Positions 36,272 through 46,651 of a stretch of DNA of 64,000 nucleotides are shown piece by piece (position 1 is the first letter of the stretch; every line of letters begins with the position of its first letter). The notes under the pieces were generated by a model that had not been told where the DNA came from, did no database searches, and was given only the letters and a program-made list of their open reading frames with translations. Position numbers and translations under genes: made by a program. The DNA is from Sporofaciens sp. SGI.106 (GTDB taxonomy: Bacteria > Bacillota > Clostridia > Lachnospirales > Lachnospiraceae): assembly GCF_050314255.1 (NCBI RefSeq), contig NZ_JBNPMZ010000003.1, positions 62,204-126,203 of the forward strand. Direction: 5' to 3'.

Positions 36272-38200
36272 CTATGCATCTGCCTCAGGCTGAATCTTCT
36301 CCAGATCCCGGATCCAGCTTGCCACACACGCGTCACTTGGCATTCTCCAGTCACCTCTCGGTGACAGAGCAACACTACCTACCTTCGGACCATCCGGCAG
36401 ACAGGATCGCTTGAACTGCTGACTGAAGAATCTCCAGCAGAAGGTACGAAGCCATTTCAGAATAGTAGCATCGTCATATTCTCCTGCAAATGCTCTCTTT
36501 GCGAGCCGGAATATTTTTGTCGGTTCGTATCCGAAACGAAGCATGTAATACAGATAGAAATCGTGCAGCTCATATGGTCCTACCAGATCCTCTGTCTTCT
36601 GTGCGATCTCTCCATCCTTCGGTGGAAGCAGCTCCGGACTTACCGGAGTATCCAGCACATCGTACAGAACCTCCCGAAGTTCCTGATCCTCTGTAGTATC
36701 TGCATAATAACGTACCAGATGGCGCACCAGTGTCTTCGGAATAGAACCATTTACACCGTACATGGACATATGGTCTCCATTATAGGTTGCCCATCCCAGT
36801 GCCAGCTCAGACATGTCACCTGTACCGATAACCATACCATTTTCCTGATTGGCAATATCCATCAGCACCTGGGTTCTCTCTCTGGCCTGTGCATTTTCAA
36901 ATGTTACACTGTGATCTTCCATATCATGTCCGATATCTTTAAAATGCTGTGTCACAGAATCTGCGATCGGTACCTCCCGAAGAGTGGCACCCAGTTTTCT
37001 CGTCATCTTGCAGGCGTTATTGTAAGTTCTTCCCGTTGTTCCAAAACAGGGCATGGTCACTGCTATAATGTGATCTCTGCTGATCTCAAGTGCATCGAAA
37101 GCCTTTACCATCACCAGAAGTGCCAGAGTTGAATCCAGTCCTCCGGAGATACCTACAACTGCGCTCTTTGCATGAGTATGAGCAAGTCTCTTCTTCAGAC
37201 CCATTGCCTGAATGGTCAGGATTTCTTCACATCTTTTTGCCCTTTCTGCCTCCTGACTCGGAACAAATGGTCTGGATGCAAAATATCTGGTCAGGACTGT
37301 TTCCTCAATCTTTACAGAAAATGGAACCCGAATCAGCGTGCGCTCCTTCGCAGTCTGGAAAGTGGTATTTCTCCTTCTCTCGCTTACGAGACGTTTCACG
37401 TCAATTTCGGAATAAACTACTCCGTTCTGATATCTCTTTGTCGCACCGAGTATTGCTCCATTCTCCGCAATAATATTGTGCCCTCCAAATACCAGGTCAG
37501 TGGTAGACTCTCCATCACCGGCATTGGCATACACGTATCCCGCAATCAGTCTTGCAGACTGTCCCGCAATCAGGCTCTTGCGATAATCCGCCTTTCCGAT
37601 CGTCTCATCACTGGCGGAACAGTTTACAATAATTGTTGCTCCCTCGCGGGCAGCCTTGATGCTTGGCGGAATCGGAGACCAGACATCCTCACAGATTTCT
37701 GCGGACACGATCAGCTGCTCCATCCCTTTTGCCGTAAACAGGATCTGAGGACCGAAAGGTACCTTCTTCCCGTCAAATTCTATCTCTCTTGCCACATCCG
37801 GGCCGGCACTGAACTGACGCATCTCGTAGAATTCGCCGTAGTTTGGCAGAAATGTCTTGGTGGTAAGTCCCAGGATTTCTCCATGGTTCAGCGCAGCTGC
37901 CACATTATAGAGTTCTCCTTCCACGGATAACGGTACACCTACGAAAATCAACGCGTCCTTTTCTGCCGTATACGCTGTAATTTCCCGGAGTGCCTCTCTG
38001 GCGTGATCCAGGAGAACCTCCTGTGTAAATAAATCGCTGCAGGTATAACCGGTAATACAAAGCTCCGGAAATACCACTATCTTAGCTCCCTCTGCTACGG
38101 TCTCATCAATCATCCGGCAAATCTGCTCTGTGTTATACTGAACATCTGCCACACGGATATCCGGCGTCACAGCAGCCACTTTTATAAATCCCTGTTTCAT
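36272..38200 (-). CDS. nadE: glutamine-dependent NAD+ synthetase (CN-hydrolase plus PP-loop synthetase)
   Basis: N-terminal nitrilase-like domain. ISGGLDSTLALLV PP-loop. Confidence 0.9.
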   Translation of the reverse strand: MKQGFIKVAAVTPDIRVADVQYNTEQICRMIDETVAEGAKIVVFPELCITGYTCSDLFTQEVLLDHAREALREITAYTAEKDALIFVGVPLSVEGELYNVAAALNHGEILGLTTKTFLPNYGEFYEMRQFSAGPDVAREIEFDGKKVPFGPQILFTAKGMEQLIVSAEICEDVWSPIPPSIKAAREGATIIVNCSASDETIGKADYRKSLIAGQSARLIAGYVYANAGDGESTTDLVFGGHNIIAENGAILGATKRYQNGVVYSEIDVKRLVSERRRNTTFQTAKERTLIRVPFSVKIEETVLTRYFASRPFVPSQEAERAKRCEEILTIQAMGLKKRLAHTHAKSAVVGISGGLDSTLALLVMVKAFDALEISRDHIIAVTMPCFGTTGRTYNNACKMTRKLGATLREVPIADSVTQHFKDIGHDMEDHSVTFENAQARERTQVLMDIANQENGMVIGTGDMSELALGWATYNGDHMSMYGVNGSIPKTLVRHLVRYYADTTEDQELREVLYDVLDTPVSPELLPPKDGEIAQKTEDLVGPYELHDFYLYYMLRFGYEPTKIFRLAKRAFAGEYDDATILKWLRTFCWRFFSQQFKRSCLPDGPKVGSVALSPRGDWRMPSDACVASWIRDLEKIQPEADA

Positions 38201-38225
38201 AGTTATCCTCCTGCATTATTTTTGT

Positions 38226-39125
38226 TTATTTGCTGCGTTTAATGATATCTTTTAACTCCTCGATGGTATAGGTGTATGCGGTATTACAGAAATGGCATTT
38301 CACTTCTATATCCTTACCTTCATCAATCATTTCCTGGATTTCTTTTCTTCCGATACTGACAACAGCCTGCTCCACACGCTCTTTGGAACAGTTACAGTAA
38401 AACCGGGTCGGCATGGTATCCGTAATCTCAAGCCCCAGATTGCCCAGAAGCTCCTCCAGAAGCTGTTCCGGTGTATAGCCTTTGTCAAGAAGCTCTGTTA
38501 CGGAAGTTACCCTTTTTAAATTCTCCTCCAGCTGGTCAATGGTCTTATCCTCAGCAAATGGCATAAGCTGAATGATAAATCCGCCTGCACACTTTACCTT
38601 ATTGTCCTTTTCCATCAGAACTCCCAGCCCTACGGAAGAAGGCACCTGCTCAGAATTAGCGAAATAATAAGTCAGGTCTTCCGCAATCTCACTGGTCACC
38701 AGTATGGTCTGTCCTACATAAGGCTCTTTCAGTCCCATATCTTTTATAACGTTCAGAAGCCCAATACCCACAGCACCGCCTACATCCAGCTTTCCATTCT
38801 TCGGCGGCATCATTGCCTCCGGATTCAGCACATAGCCTTTGGCATTTCCCTGACTGTCTGCCGTGACCGTAATCCCCCCGAGCGGACCGTCACCACGCAC
38901 CTGAAGGGTCAGCATATCCGTATCATTCTTCATCATGCTTCCCATCATGGCACCTGCCGTCAGTAGCCGGCCCAGTGCCGCCGTAGCCACAGGACTTGTC
39001 CCATGGTGCTCTCTGGCAGTCTCCACCATTTCTCTCGTTGTAGCTGCAAATGCACGAATCTGATTATTTGCAGCCGTTGCTCTCACTATATAATCTGTCA
39101 TAAATCTATTATCCCTCGTTTTCAT
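38226..39125 (-). CDS. hslO: Hsp33 family redox-regulated chaperone
   Basis: C-terminal CNCSKERV ... CHFCNTAY zinc centre. Hsp33-like N-terminal domain. Confidence 0.9.
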   Translation of the reverse strand: MKTRDNRFMTDYIVRATAANNQIRAFAATTREMVETAREHHGTSPVATAALGRLLTAGAMMGSMMKNDTDMLTLQVRGDGPLGGITVTADSQGNAKGYVLNPEAMMPPKNGKLDVGGAVGIGLLNVIKDMGLKEPYVGQTILVTSEIAEDLTYYFANSEQVPSSVGLGVLMEKDNKVKCAGGFIIQLMPFAEDKTIDQLEENLKRVTSVTELLDKGYTPEQLLEELLGNLGLEITDTMPTRFYCNCSKERVEQAVVSIGRKEIQEMIDEGKDIEVKCHFCNTAYTYTIEELKDIIKRSK

Positions 39126-39887
39126 TTATTTTCCATGCTCCCGGGCAATCACACAGATACGTTCGCTATCCTCACCCGGCGCGTTTCTTGTATAGGCATC
39201 ATAGGCCGTCTCAAACACAAGCCCGGATTCTTCTATCAGACGCTTCATGGTATCCAGTGTATAGGCCTTTTGGAAATGCTGCTCCTGATATTTGCGGTAC
39301 AGACCTTCCTTCTCCCGGATAAACAGAGTCAGTTCATATTCATTGATCTGATCCTCTTCATCATAATAATTATCCCAGATAAAGCTACACTCTTCCCGAT
39401 CCTCCGCAATCGTACTCTCTCCCAGAACTTCCCGGTACTTGTATTCCGTATTGAAATCAAAGAGAAAAATGCCCTTCGGATCCAGATAATTATTCACCAG
39501 GCGAAATACCTGCACAAGCTCCTCCTCTTCCGTAATATAATTGACGGAATCACAGGCACTGACTACCGCCCGTACCGTACCATAAAGCTCGAATTCACGC
39601 ATATCCTGAAGAAGATACAGGATGTCAGCTCCGCTCTTTTCTCTTTTATCCATGGCAATCTCCAGCATTTCGCCGGAATAATCCACGCCGATCATGTCAT
39701 ATCCACGACCTGCCAGCTCCTGAGTCATGCTTCCGGTGCCACAGCCAAGATCCAGCACCAGCCCATCTTCGATACCGTACTCCTTCAGTATATCCTCTAT
39801 ATAGTCAGCCCACTCTTCGTAAGGCACATTATCCATGAAAATGTCGTAAACTTCCGCAAAACCGGTATACGCCTCCATGATATTCAC
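39126..39887 (-). CDS. class I SAM-dependent methyltransferase
   Basis: VLDLGCGTGSMTQELAGRGYDMIGVDYS motif I. Confidence 0.75.
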   Translation of the reverse strand: MNIMEAYTGFAEVYDIFMDNVPYEEWADYIEDILKEYGIEDGLVLDLGCGTGSMTQELAGRGYDMIGVDYSGEMLEIAMDKREKSGADILYLLQDMREFELYGTVRAVVSACDSVNYITEEEELVQVFRLVNNYLDPKGIFLFDFNTEYKYREVLGESTIAEDREECSFIWDNYYDEEDQINEYELTLFIREKEGLYRKYQEQHFQKAYTLDTMKRLIEESGLVFETAYDAYTRNAPGEDSERICVIAREHGK

Positions 39888-39965
39888 ATCCTTTACTCAA
39901 CCAGCACTTCGTGCTAATTATAACACGACAAATGGATATTTGCCACCAAAATAACGAAAGAGACA

Positions 39966-40022
39966 AAAAGGGGACGGTTCTCTCTCCTGTCTGCTGACAA
40001 GCCAGGACAGAGAACCGTCCCT
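39966..40022. repeat. about 57-bp hairpin / terminator-like element, copy 1 (second copy 45078-45136)
   Basis: GGGGACGGTTCTCT...CTGCTGACAAGCCAGGAC...AGAGAACCGTCCC. Arms and loop both conserved between copies. Confidence 0.55.
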
Positions 40023-40023
40023 A

Positions 40024-42183
40024 TTAATCTTCCACTCCTACCGTCTCTATGATGAATTTGGTGCTTCCCTGCATACCATCTTTGATTCCTGCGAATGAAC
40101 GGTAGGATGATCCCAGATCACTCATCGCCTGAATCCTTGCAGTCACTTTACTGATATCTCCGTCAAATATTTCTGCCAGTTTATCCACACCTTCGGCTTT
40201 GAATTCTGCCATTCCATCTGCGAGAGTACGGTTACCTTCAGCCAAAGCCGATGCTCCTTTGGCCAGTTCAGACGCACCGCCCGCCAGGGTTCCGGCTCCT
40301 TTGGCTGCCGTATCGGCTCCCTCTGCCAGCTGGCTCACACCGGAGGCCAGAGCAGCTCCGCCTTCTTTCAGCTTTGATCCGCCGATGTTCAGAAGACTGC
40401 TGTTCTGATTCAGCCCTTCGGCGCCCTGTGCCAGAGCTTTCGTACCGGCTGCCAGAGTTCCGGCACCTTCCGCAAGAGCAGCACTTCCATTGCTTAATCC
40501 GTCATTACCGGTCGGTCCATCTCCAAGACCGGTCTGGAGACTGAGTGCTCCCGCATACAGCTGATTCATTGCTGACTGCAGACCCTGCTGAGGATCTGTG
40601 ATTTTACCATTAATCTGACCGATTCCATCCAGAGCACCGCTTAAATATGCATTTGCCGCCTCGGTACCGCTGACTGTTACTGTCTGGTTATTCAGTGTGC
40701 TGTCCACTGCACCGCTGATTGCTTCCCGAACACTGGATTCAATGGCGGCTCTCTGTTCTTCTGTCAGATCTGCCGGAAGGGAACTGATTACATTCTGTGT
40801 TGCCGAAGCTACAATTGCAGTTTTTGAATCCTCTGTGATCACAGAACTTCCTGTAATACTACCCAGGCTATTCTTCGCTGCTCCAACCGCACCAGCCACA
40901 CTGTCCAATCCTTCCGGAAGACTGTCCACACCATTCTTCGCTGCTCCAAGTCCTGCTGCCAGAGCATCTGCACCGGATTTTGCACTTGCAACACCCACTT
41001 GAAGTCTTGCTGCTCCATCGGATATCCCCTGAGCGCCATCTGCCAGAAAAGCACTCTTAGATGCCAGTTCACTCACACCTCCGGTGTAGGCAGTAATGCC
41101 ATCTGCCAGATCATTTACGCCACTGATCAGGTCTCCGGATTTCTCATTCAGAGTGTTGACACCCGAGGCCAGAGACTGGTTACCGGCAGCCAGCGTTCCG
41201 GCTCCCTCTGCCAGTGTATCGGCACCTTCTGATAAGGTTGCGGCTCCCTTGGCTGCCTCTTCTGAACCATCTTTCAGCTGCTGTGCAGCATTGACAAGCT
41301 CATCGATGGAACCTCCAAAGCTGTCGAAATCTGTCACATCGCTGAGTCCGAATTTCTCCATAATATCGGAAGATGCCACTGTAATTGTCGGACCTACGGA
41401 AGCATTTTTCACATCCGCAGTAATCGTAACACTCTCCGGAATATCAATATCCAGGTCTTCCAGATTCAGGTTTTCCGTAAGTCCCGGAAAACCAAGTCCC
41501 ACCACAATATTTTTATCCGCATCGGAAACGATTTTTCCACTGTCTATCGTCACATTCGTATACTCATCCGTTGGAAGCATCATTGCCGTGATCATGGTAA
41601 ATGGTGTGAACATCTCCTCCTCATTTCCATTTACAGAAACGATCTCTTTGGAATGATTCAGATATTCGATATGAATTTCCACTTTACCGCTTTTTCCCTT
41701 TAAATCTTCCGGAGTGATCTCTTTTCCATCCAGTTTGTAGGACAGCTTCACCTCCACCGGCAGTTCTTTCTTCGTCGTTCCCTGATAATAAATGTCCTGT
41801 CCTTCTGATTTCCAGCTGAGGCTGCCATTGCTTCCCTCTGTAAATGTCTCATCGCCTTTGATATTTTTGATATCGGATAGCTCTGATACATCGGAAAGCT
41901 CTCCGCTTCCCGGATTCCTAAGCCACTCTGTAACAGTAGTCAAAGTTACATTTCCCGTCGTATCCGCCTTTACATACACAGATTCTTCCTTTCCCGTTTC
42001 ATTACCGTTAAGTCCGGTAGAATCTCCCAGTGCATCCTGAGCCATCTGCTGAAGCTCGGTTGTCTCAGCCGCATACACCTGATTCAGATATCTCTGATAA
42101 CCATAAGTTCCTGTCATTCCCATCGTCAGAATGAATGCCATGGAGCCTGCTACTACTTTTTTTCTTATATTCTTCTTCATCAC
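40024..42183 (-). CDS. YhgE/Pip-like surface protein with Ala/Gly-rich heptad (xxxLxxG) repeats, signal/anchor N-terminus
   Basis: N-terminal hydrophobic segment. Long LAEGAGTLAAG / LSEGADTLAEGAG repeat region. No C-terminal TM bundle. Adjacent to an MMPL gene. Confidence 0.5.
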   Translation of the reverse strand: MMKKNIRKKVVAGSMAFILTMGMTGTYGYQRYLNQVYAAETTELQQMAQDALGDSTGLNGNETGKEESVYVKADTTGNVTLTTVTEWLRNPGSGELSDVSELSDIKNIKGDETFTEGSNGSLSWKSEGQDIYYQGTTKKELPVEVKLSYKLDGKEITPEDLKGKSGKVEIHIEYLNHSKEIVSVNGNEEEMFTPFTMITAMMLPTDEYTNVTIDSGKIVSDADKNIVVGLGFPGLTENLNLEDLDIDIPESVTITADVKNASVGPTITVASSDIMEKFGLSDVTDFDSFGGSIDELVNAAQQLKDGSEEAAKGAATLSEGADTLAEGAGTLAAGNQSLASGVNTLNEKSGDLISGVNDLADGITAYTGGVSELASKSAFLADGAQGISDGAARLQVGVASAKSGADALAAGLGAAKNGVDSLPEGLDSVAGAVGAAKNSLGSITGSSVITEDSKTAIVASATQNVISSLPADLTEEQRAAIESSVREAISGAVDSTLNNQTVTVSGTEAANAYLSGALDGIGQINGKITDPQQGLQSAMNQLYAGALSLQTGLGDGPTGNDGLSNGSAALAEGAGTLAAGTKALAQGAEGLNQNSSLLNIGGSKLKEGGAALASGVSQLAEGADTAAKGAGTLAGGASELAKGASALAEGNRTLADGMAEFKAEGVDKLAEIFDGDISKVTARIQAMSDLGSSYRSFAGIKDGMQGSTKFIIETVGVED

Positions 42184-42195
42184 ACGAACCTCCCG

Positions 42196-44277
42196 TTATT
42201 TTACTGCTGCCCCTTTTGGCAGAAAATCCTTACTTGTCTTCACAATTACTTTGTCAAATACCATGAACATGGATGGCAGAACCAGCACAACCACTACCAT
42301 ACTGACAATTGCTCCTCTCGCCATCAGAATGCAGAGAGAACTGATCATATCAATATTCGAATAAAGTCCTACACCTACGGTTGCTGCAAAAAAACTCAGC
42401 GCACTTACGATAATGGACTGGGCTGATGCCTGATGCGCCGTTGTGATCGCGTGGAATTTATCTGCACCTCTACTCCGCTCCCGTTTGTACCGGGTCGTCA
42501 TCAGAATCGCGTAATCCACCGTTGCTCCAAGCTGTATGGTTCCAATTACAATAGATGCCACAAATGGCAGCGTCGTTCCTGTATAAAACGGAATACCCAT
42601 ATTTACAAATATGGCAAATTCAATGACTCCTACCAGAATCACCGGAATGGTAACCGAACCGAACAGAATCATAATAATCACAAATATAATTCCGATGGAT
42701 ACGGCACTGACTGTCTTAAAATCTCTATCTGTGATGGAAATCAGATCGCTGGTCAGCGGTCCTTCTCCTACCAGCATGGCATTTTCGTCATACTGATCCA
42801 TAATATCGTTAATCTCTGCAATTTGTGCATTGACCTCATCACTTGCCACCTTGTATTCCGAATTGATCAGGACCATCTGATATTTATCATTTTTCAGCAT
42901 CTTTGTCACAGAATCCGGAATCATATCCGAGGGGATTCCCGGTCCTACCAGTTTATCCAGACCAAGAGCCCATTTCACACCATCTACATTCTCAATCTTC
43001 TTCAGCATTTTATTGACATCCGAAGACGGAACAGCGCTGTCTATCAAAAGCATATGAGTGGTATTCATATCATAATCTTCCTTCAGCTTCTCATTTGCAA
43101 TGATACTGGGCAGATCTTTTGGAAGCGTCTCATCCAGGTTGTAATATACTTTCGTATGACTGTTTCCGTAGATTGCCGGAACCAGAAGAACCAGGAATAT
43201 CACAACATACACCAGATACCGTTTGGTAACCTTTTCCGATATCTTGCTGATATCCGGAAGCAATGGTTTGTGCTTTGTCTTCTCGATCAGCTTATCACAG
43301 CAGAGGATCATGGACGGGAGAATAGTCACACAGGTAATGACTCCGAAAATAACTCCCTTCGCCATAACAACTCCGATATCTTTTCCCAATGTAAAGCTCA
43401 TGAAGCAAAGGGCGATAAAGCCTGCCACTGTGGTAACCGAACTTCCGATTACCGATGAAAATGTCTGGGAGATGGCATGTGCCATTGCTCTTTTCTTATC
43501 TCCGTCATAGCGAACCTGCTGTTCCTCATAGCTGTGCATCAGGAAAATGGAATAGTCCATGGTAACTCCAAGCTGAAGAACCGCCGTCAGCGCTTTTGTA
43601 ATATAGGAAATCTCTCCCAGGAAATAATTGCTTCCCAGATTATATAAAATTGCCATACCGATACTCAGCAGGAATAAGATCGGTACAAAAAAGGAATCCA
43701 TGGTAAGGCCAAGCACCAGTGTGGAAAGCGCTACCGCAATCAGTACATAAATCGGTGTCTCCTTTTCTGCCAGGTCTCTGGTATCTGTAACGATTGCCGA
43801 CATCCCGCTTAAAAAGCACTGCTTCCCTGCCAGCTTTCTGATATCGGCAATGGCATCCATGGTAGCATCCGCGGATGTTCCCTCATCAAAAAAGATTGCC
43901 ATCATCGTTCCGGTATCTGAATTAAATACTTTGTAAATTTCATCCGGCAGCATACTCTCCGGAACAGAAATGTCTGCAACAGAATCATACCAGAGCACCT
44001 TCGTCACATGATCCACCTGCTCAATCTCTGCTTTTAGTTTCGCGACATTTTTATCCTCCATACCATCAACGATGAACATGGAAAATGCTCCTGTTCCGAA
44101 GTCGTCTATCATGATCTCCTGCCCCTTCATTGTCTCAATATCTTCCGGGAGGTAGGTCAGTACATCGTAGTTTACTCTGGTGTTCACATAGCCGAATACC
44201 GAAGGAATCAAAAGCAGAATGCTGATGATCAGAATCGGTATCCTGTATTTCACCACTTTCTTTCCGAATGCAACCAT
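42196..44277 (-). CDS. MMPL/RND-superfamily membrane transporter (YdfJ-like)
   Basis: Two 6-TM blocks, each preceded by an extracytoplasmic domain. 693 aa. Confidence 0.8.
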   Translation of the reverse strand: MVAFGKKVVKYRIPILIISILLLIPSVFGYVNTRVNYDVLTYLPEDIETMKGQEIMIDDFGTGAFSMFIVDGMEDKNVAKLKAEIEQVDHVTKVLWYDSVADISVPESMLPDEIYKVFNSDTGTMMAIFFDEGTSADATMDAIADIRKLAGKQCFLSGMSAIVTDTRDLAEKETPIYVLIAVALSTLVLGLTMDSFFVPILFLLSIGMAILYNLGSNYFLGEISYITKALTAVLQLGVTMDYSIFLMHSYEEQQVRYDGDKKRAMAHAISQTFSSVIGSSVTTVAGFIALCFMSFTLGKDIGVVMAKGVIFGVITCVTILPSMILCCDKLIEKTKHKPLLPDISKISEKVTKRYLVYVVIFLVLLVPAIYGNSHTKVYYNLDETLPKDLPSIIANEKLKEDYDMNTTHMLLIDSAVPSSDVNKMLKKIENVDGVKWALGLDKLVGPGIPSDMIPDSVTKMLKNDKYQMVLINSEYKVASDEVNAQIAEINDIMDQYDENAMLVGEGPLTSDLISITDRDFKTVSAVSIGIIFVIIMILFGSVTIPVILVGVIEFAIFVNMGIPFYTGTTLPFVASIVIGTIQLGATVDYAILMTTRYKRERSRGADKFHAITTAHQASAQSIIVSALSFFAATVGVGLYSNIDMISSLCILMARGAIVSMVVVVLVLPSMFMVFDKVIVKTSKDFLPKGAAVK

Positions 44278-44304
44278 AATTTCAGCTCCTTTTCTTTTAT
44301 CTAA

Positions 44305-44395
44305 TTCATTTAATGACTATTAGTCATTTATCACATTAGGCACTATACACCATAAATGACTATTAGTCAATATATTTTATGACTTTTGGTCATTT
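44305..44395. promoter_or_regulatory. three palindromic operator-like sites (AAATGACTATTAGTCATTT x2, ATGACTTTTGGTCAT) in the TetR / MMPL divergent region
   Basis: Seen directly at 44309-44329, 44354-44371 and 44379-44393. Confidence 0.5.
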
Positions 44396-44478
44396 TTTAT
44401 TTCCAGGTACTTGCATTTCCATTAAAATCCGTTATAATTACAACTAATCAATCTTGAATAAAGAAGGGAATTGTGGTT

Positions 44479-45075
44479 ATGGGAAAAGTAGATGATAATA
44501 AGAAAAAAAAGAAAGAAGCCCTCTTCAATACGGCATACGAATTATTTACCACCAAGGGACTGAATTCTACCGCAATCTCCGATATTGTACAGAAAGCCGG
44601 AGTTGCCAAGGGAACCTTCTATCTGTATTTTAAAGATAAATATGATATAAAAAATAAACTGGTCGCTCACAAGACCCATGAACTCTTTGACGCTGCCTGG
44701 ACTGCTTTGGACGCATCCGGCATCAGGGGTCTGGAGGACCAGCTTATCTTTATTATTGATCAAATTATACAGACACTGATGGAAAATAAAGAACTTCTGA
44801 ATTTTATTTCCAAAAATCTGGTAATGGGCGCTTTGAAATCAGCCCTGTTAACCGGTGAAAATTCCGACAGAGATATTTACGACCGCTTTCTCACCATGGT
44901 CAGCCAGGACGAACACGAGTATAACGATGTAGATGTCATGCTTTTTACCATCGTAGAACTGGCCGGTTCAACCGCCTACAATTCCATCATATACTCCGAG
45001 CCCCTTCCCATCGAAGAGTACAAGCCATTTCTGTATCGGACAGTACGACTCATAATAGAAAGCCACCGCCGTTGA
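44479..45075 (+). CDS. TetR/AcrR family transcriptional regulator
   Basis: N-terminal HTH (FTTKGLNSTAISDIVQKAGVAKGTFYLYF). Start at ATG 44479 after AAGAAGGGAA. Confidence 0.85.
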   Translation: MGKVDDNKKKKKEALFNTAYELFTTKGLNSTAISDIVQKAGVAKGTFYLYFKDKYDIKNKLVAHKTHELFDAAWTALDASGIRGLEDQLIFIIDQIIQTLMENKELLNFISKNLVMGALKSALLTGENSDRDIYDRFLTMVSQDEHEYNDVDVMLFTIVELAGSTAYNSIIYSEPLPIEEYKPFLYRTVRLIIESHRR

Positions 45076-45077
45076 TA

Positions 45078-45136
45078 AAAAGGGGACGGTTCTCTGTCCC
45101 GGCTGCCGACAAGCCAGGACCAAGAACCGTCCCCTT
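45078..45136. repeat. about 57-bp hairpin / terminator-like element, copy 2
   Basis: AAAAGGGGACGGTTCTCTGTCC...GACAAGCCAGGACCAAGAACCGTCCCCTTT between convergent genes. Confidence 0.55.
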
Positions 45137-45140
45137 TACT

Positions 45141-45797
45141 TCAAAGTTCTTTTTTCTCCATGATACGGACAGATACCTGATAGGAAATTACCAGCAAGGC
45201 TATCCCAATAAGAACAAGTATGATAAATGTTCTTGCCAGGCTATCCTGAAAGAGACCATCTAAGACAGCCTCCAGATTCACACCTGCAGCTTCCGTAGCT
45301 TTCACTGTCAGAAATCCGATCAGCACGGCAATACCCATCACCAGTAAAAGGGCAACTCTGCTTCTTTCTGCCCCGAATTTCAGCTGAACAGGTAAAGAAA
45401 ACGCGAGGATAAAGCTTGCCATCACAAGACTCATTGCTGCTACCGATACGAACTCATCCATGCTAAATTCAATCTTCTGGACAGCTCCGATTCCGAAAGC
45501 AATTGCTGCTGCCGCCACAAGAGCCAGAAACGTAGACAAGACTCCAAAAAGATACTTTTCCATCACATATTCCCTGCGGCTGATGGGAAGCGTAAAAAGA
45601 TAAGCCATTCCATTTTCATAATCATCATAACTGATCGTGCTAATTGTAAATATGGAAACCAGAGAGGTAGCATATCCTATAGCAAAGAACGGGTTTTCCC
45701 ACATGGCAGAAAATGCAATGCTCATAAAAATAATCGCAATAAAAAACATCATCTGATTCTTCATTAATTTTACATCTTTAATCAACATACCCTTCAT
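45141..45797 (-). CDS. ABC-2 family transporter permease
   Basis: 6-TM hydrophobic protein directly downstream of the ABC ATPase, with a 1-nt overlap. Confidence 0.7.
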   Translation of the reverse strand: MKGMLIKDVKLMKNQMMFFIAIIFMSIAFSAMWENPFFAIGYATSLVSIFTISTISYDDYENGMAYLFTLPISRREYVMEKYLFGVLSTFLALVAAAAIAFGIGAVQKIEFSMDEFVSVAAMSLVMASFILAFSLPVQLKFGAERSRVALLLVMGIAVLIGFLTVKATEAAGVNLEAVLDGLFQDSLARTFIILVLIGIALLVISYQVSVRIMEKKEL

Positions 45798-46651
45798 TAC
45801 TTTTCACCTCGAATCATCATCATAATCAATTCATCAACATTTCCTTTTTCCACCACAATACCCGGGTAATTTTCCAGATAGAACTGCTTTTGATTGGTCA
45901 GGCAGCTGTATCCGTATTCTTCTTTCTTATGGCGCAGAAGATATTCTTTATCCAGTGTCTGATACTGTTCTGCCGTCACTTTCAGAATTGCATATTCGGA
46001 AAGCAGTACATCTGTTTCCTCATAGAGCACGATTTTTCCGTCATCTATCATGTAGATATCATCACAGAAACTCTCCAGATCACTGGAAATATGAGAACTG
46101 ACAAGAATGGATCTGTCTCCCTGCTCCATATATTCCCGCAGCATCTCCAGAAGTTCATCTCTGGCAATCACATCTAATCCCGCTGTTGGCTCATCCAGAA
46201 CCAGTAGCTTCGCATCGTGGGAAAGAGCCGCCAGCACCTGAAGCTTCCGTTTCATTCCTGTTGAGAAATCCTTGATTTTCTTATCCAGAGGAAGACCGAA
46301 CTGTTCACATTTTCTCACAAAATCTTCTTTCACAAACCGGCTATACAGACTATCCATAACCGGAATCAGATCCTTAATCGTCAGATAGCCGCTGAACCCG
46401 GAATCCGCAAGTACCACACCAATATTTTCCTTATCTTTGGATTTCAGCTGTGATACAGGCTTTCCAAACATCTCAATCTCACCGCCATCAGTGGAAATCA
46501 ATCCAAGCAGTGCCTTAAAAGTCGTACTCTTGCCAGCTCCATTCTTACCGATCAATCCGGTTACAGAACCTTCCTGAACTTCCATCGTACAATCCAGTGT
46601 AAAATTTTTATAATTCTTTTTAACGTTCTTCAATTTTAACATTGCTCTCAA
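45797..46651 (-). CDS. ABC transporter ATP-binding protein
   Basis: GKNGAGKST, LSTGMKRKL, LLVLDEPTAGLD. Confidence 0.9.
   Translation of the reverse strand: MRAMLKLKNVKKNYKNFTLDCTMEVQEGSVTGLIGKNGAGKSTTFKALLGLISTDGGEIEMFGKPVSQLKSKDKENIGVVLADSGFSGYLTIKDLIPVMDSLYSRFVKEDFVRKCEQFGLPLDKKIKDFSTGMKRKLQVLAALSHDAKLLVLDEPTAGLDVIARDELLEMLREYMEQGDRSILVSSHISSDLESFCDDIYMIDDGKIVLYEETDVLLSEYAILKVTAEQYQTLDKEYLLRHKKEEYGYSCLTNQKQFYLENYPGIVVEKGNVDELIMMMIRGEK

Noticed and set aside
40199-41656. Several Ala/Pro/Ser-rich plus-strand ORFs inside the YhgE-like gene
   Set aside because: Antisense translation of the GC-rich Ala/Gly repeat region. No start or RBS context.
42433-43458. 341-aa plus-strand ORF inside the MMPL gene
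   Set aside because: Antisense shadow ORF. The sense strand encodes a coherent 12-TM transporter.
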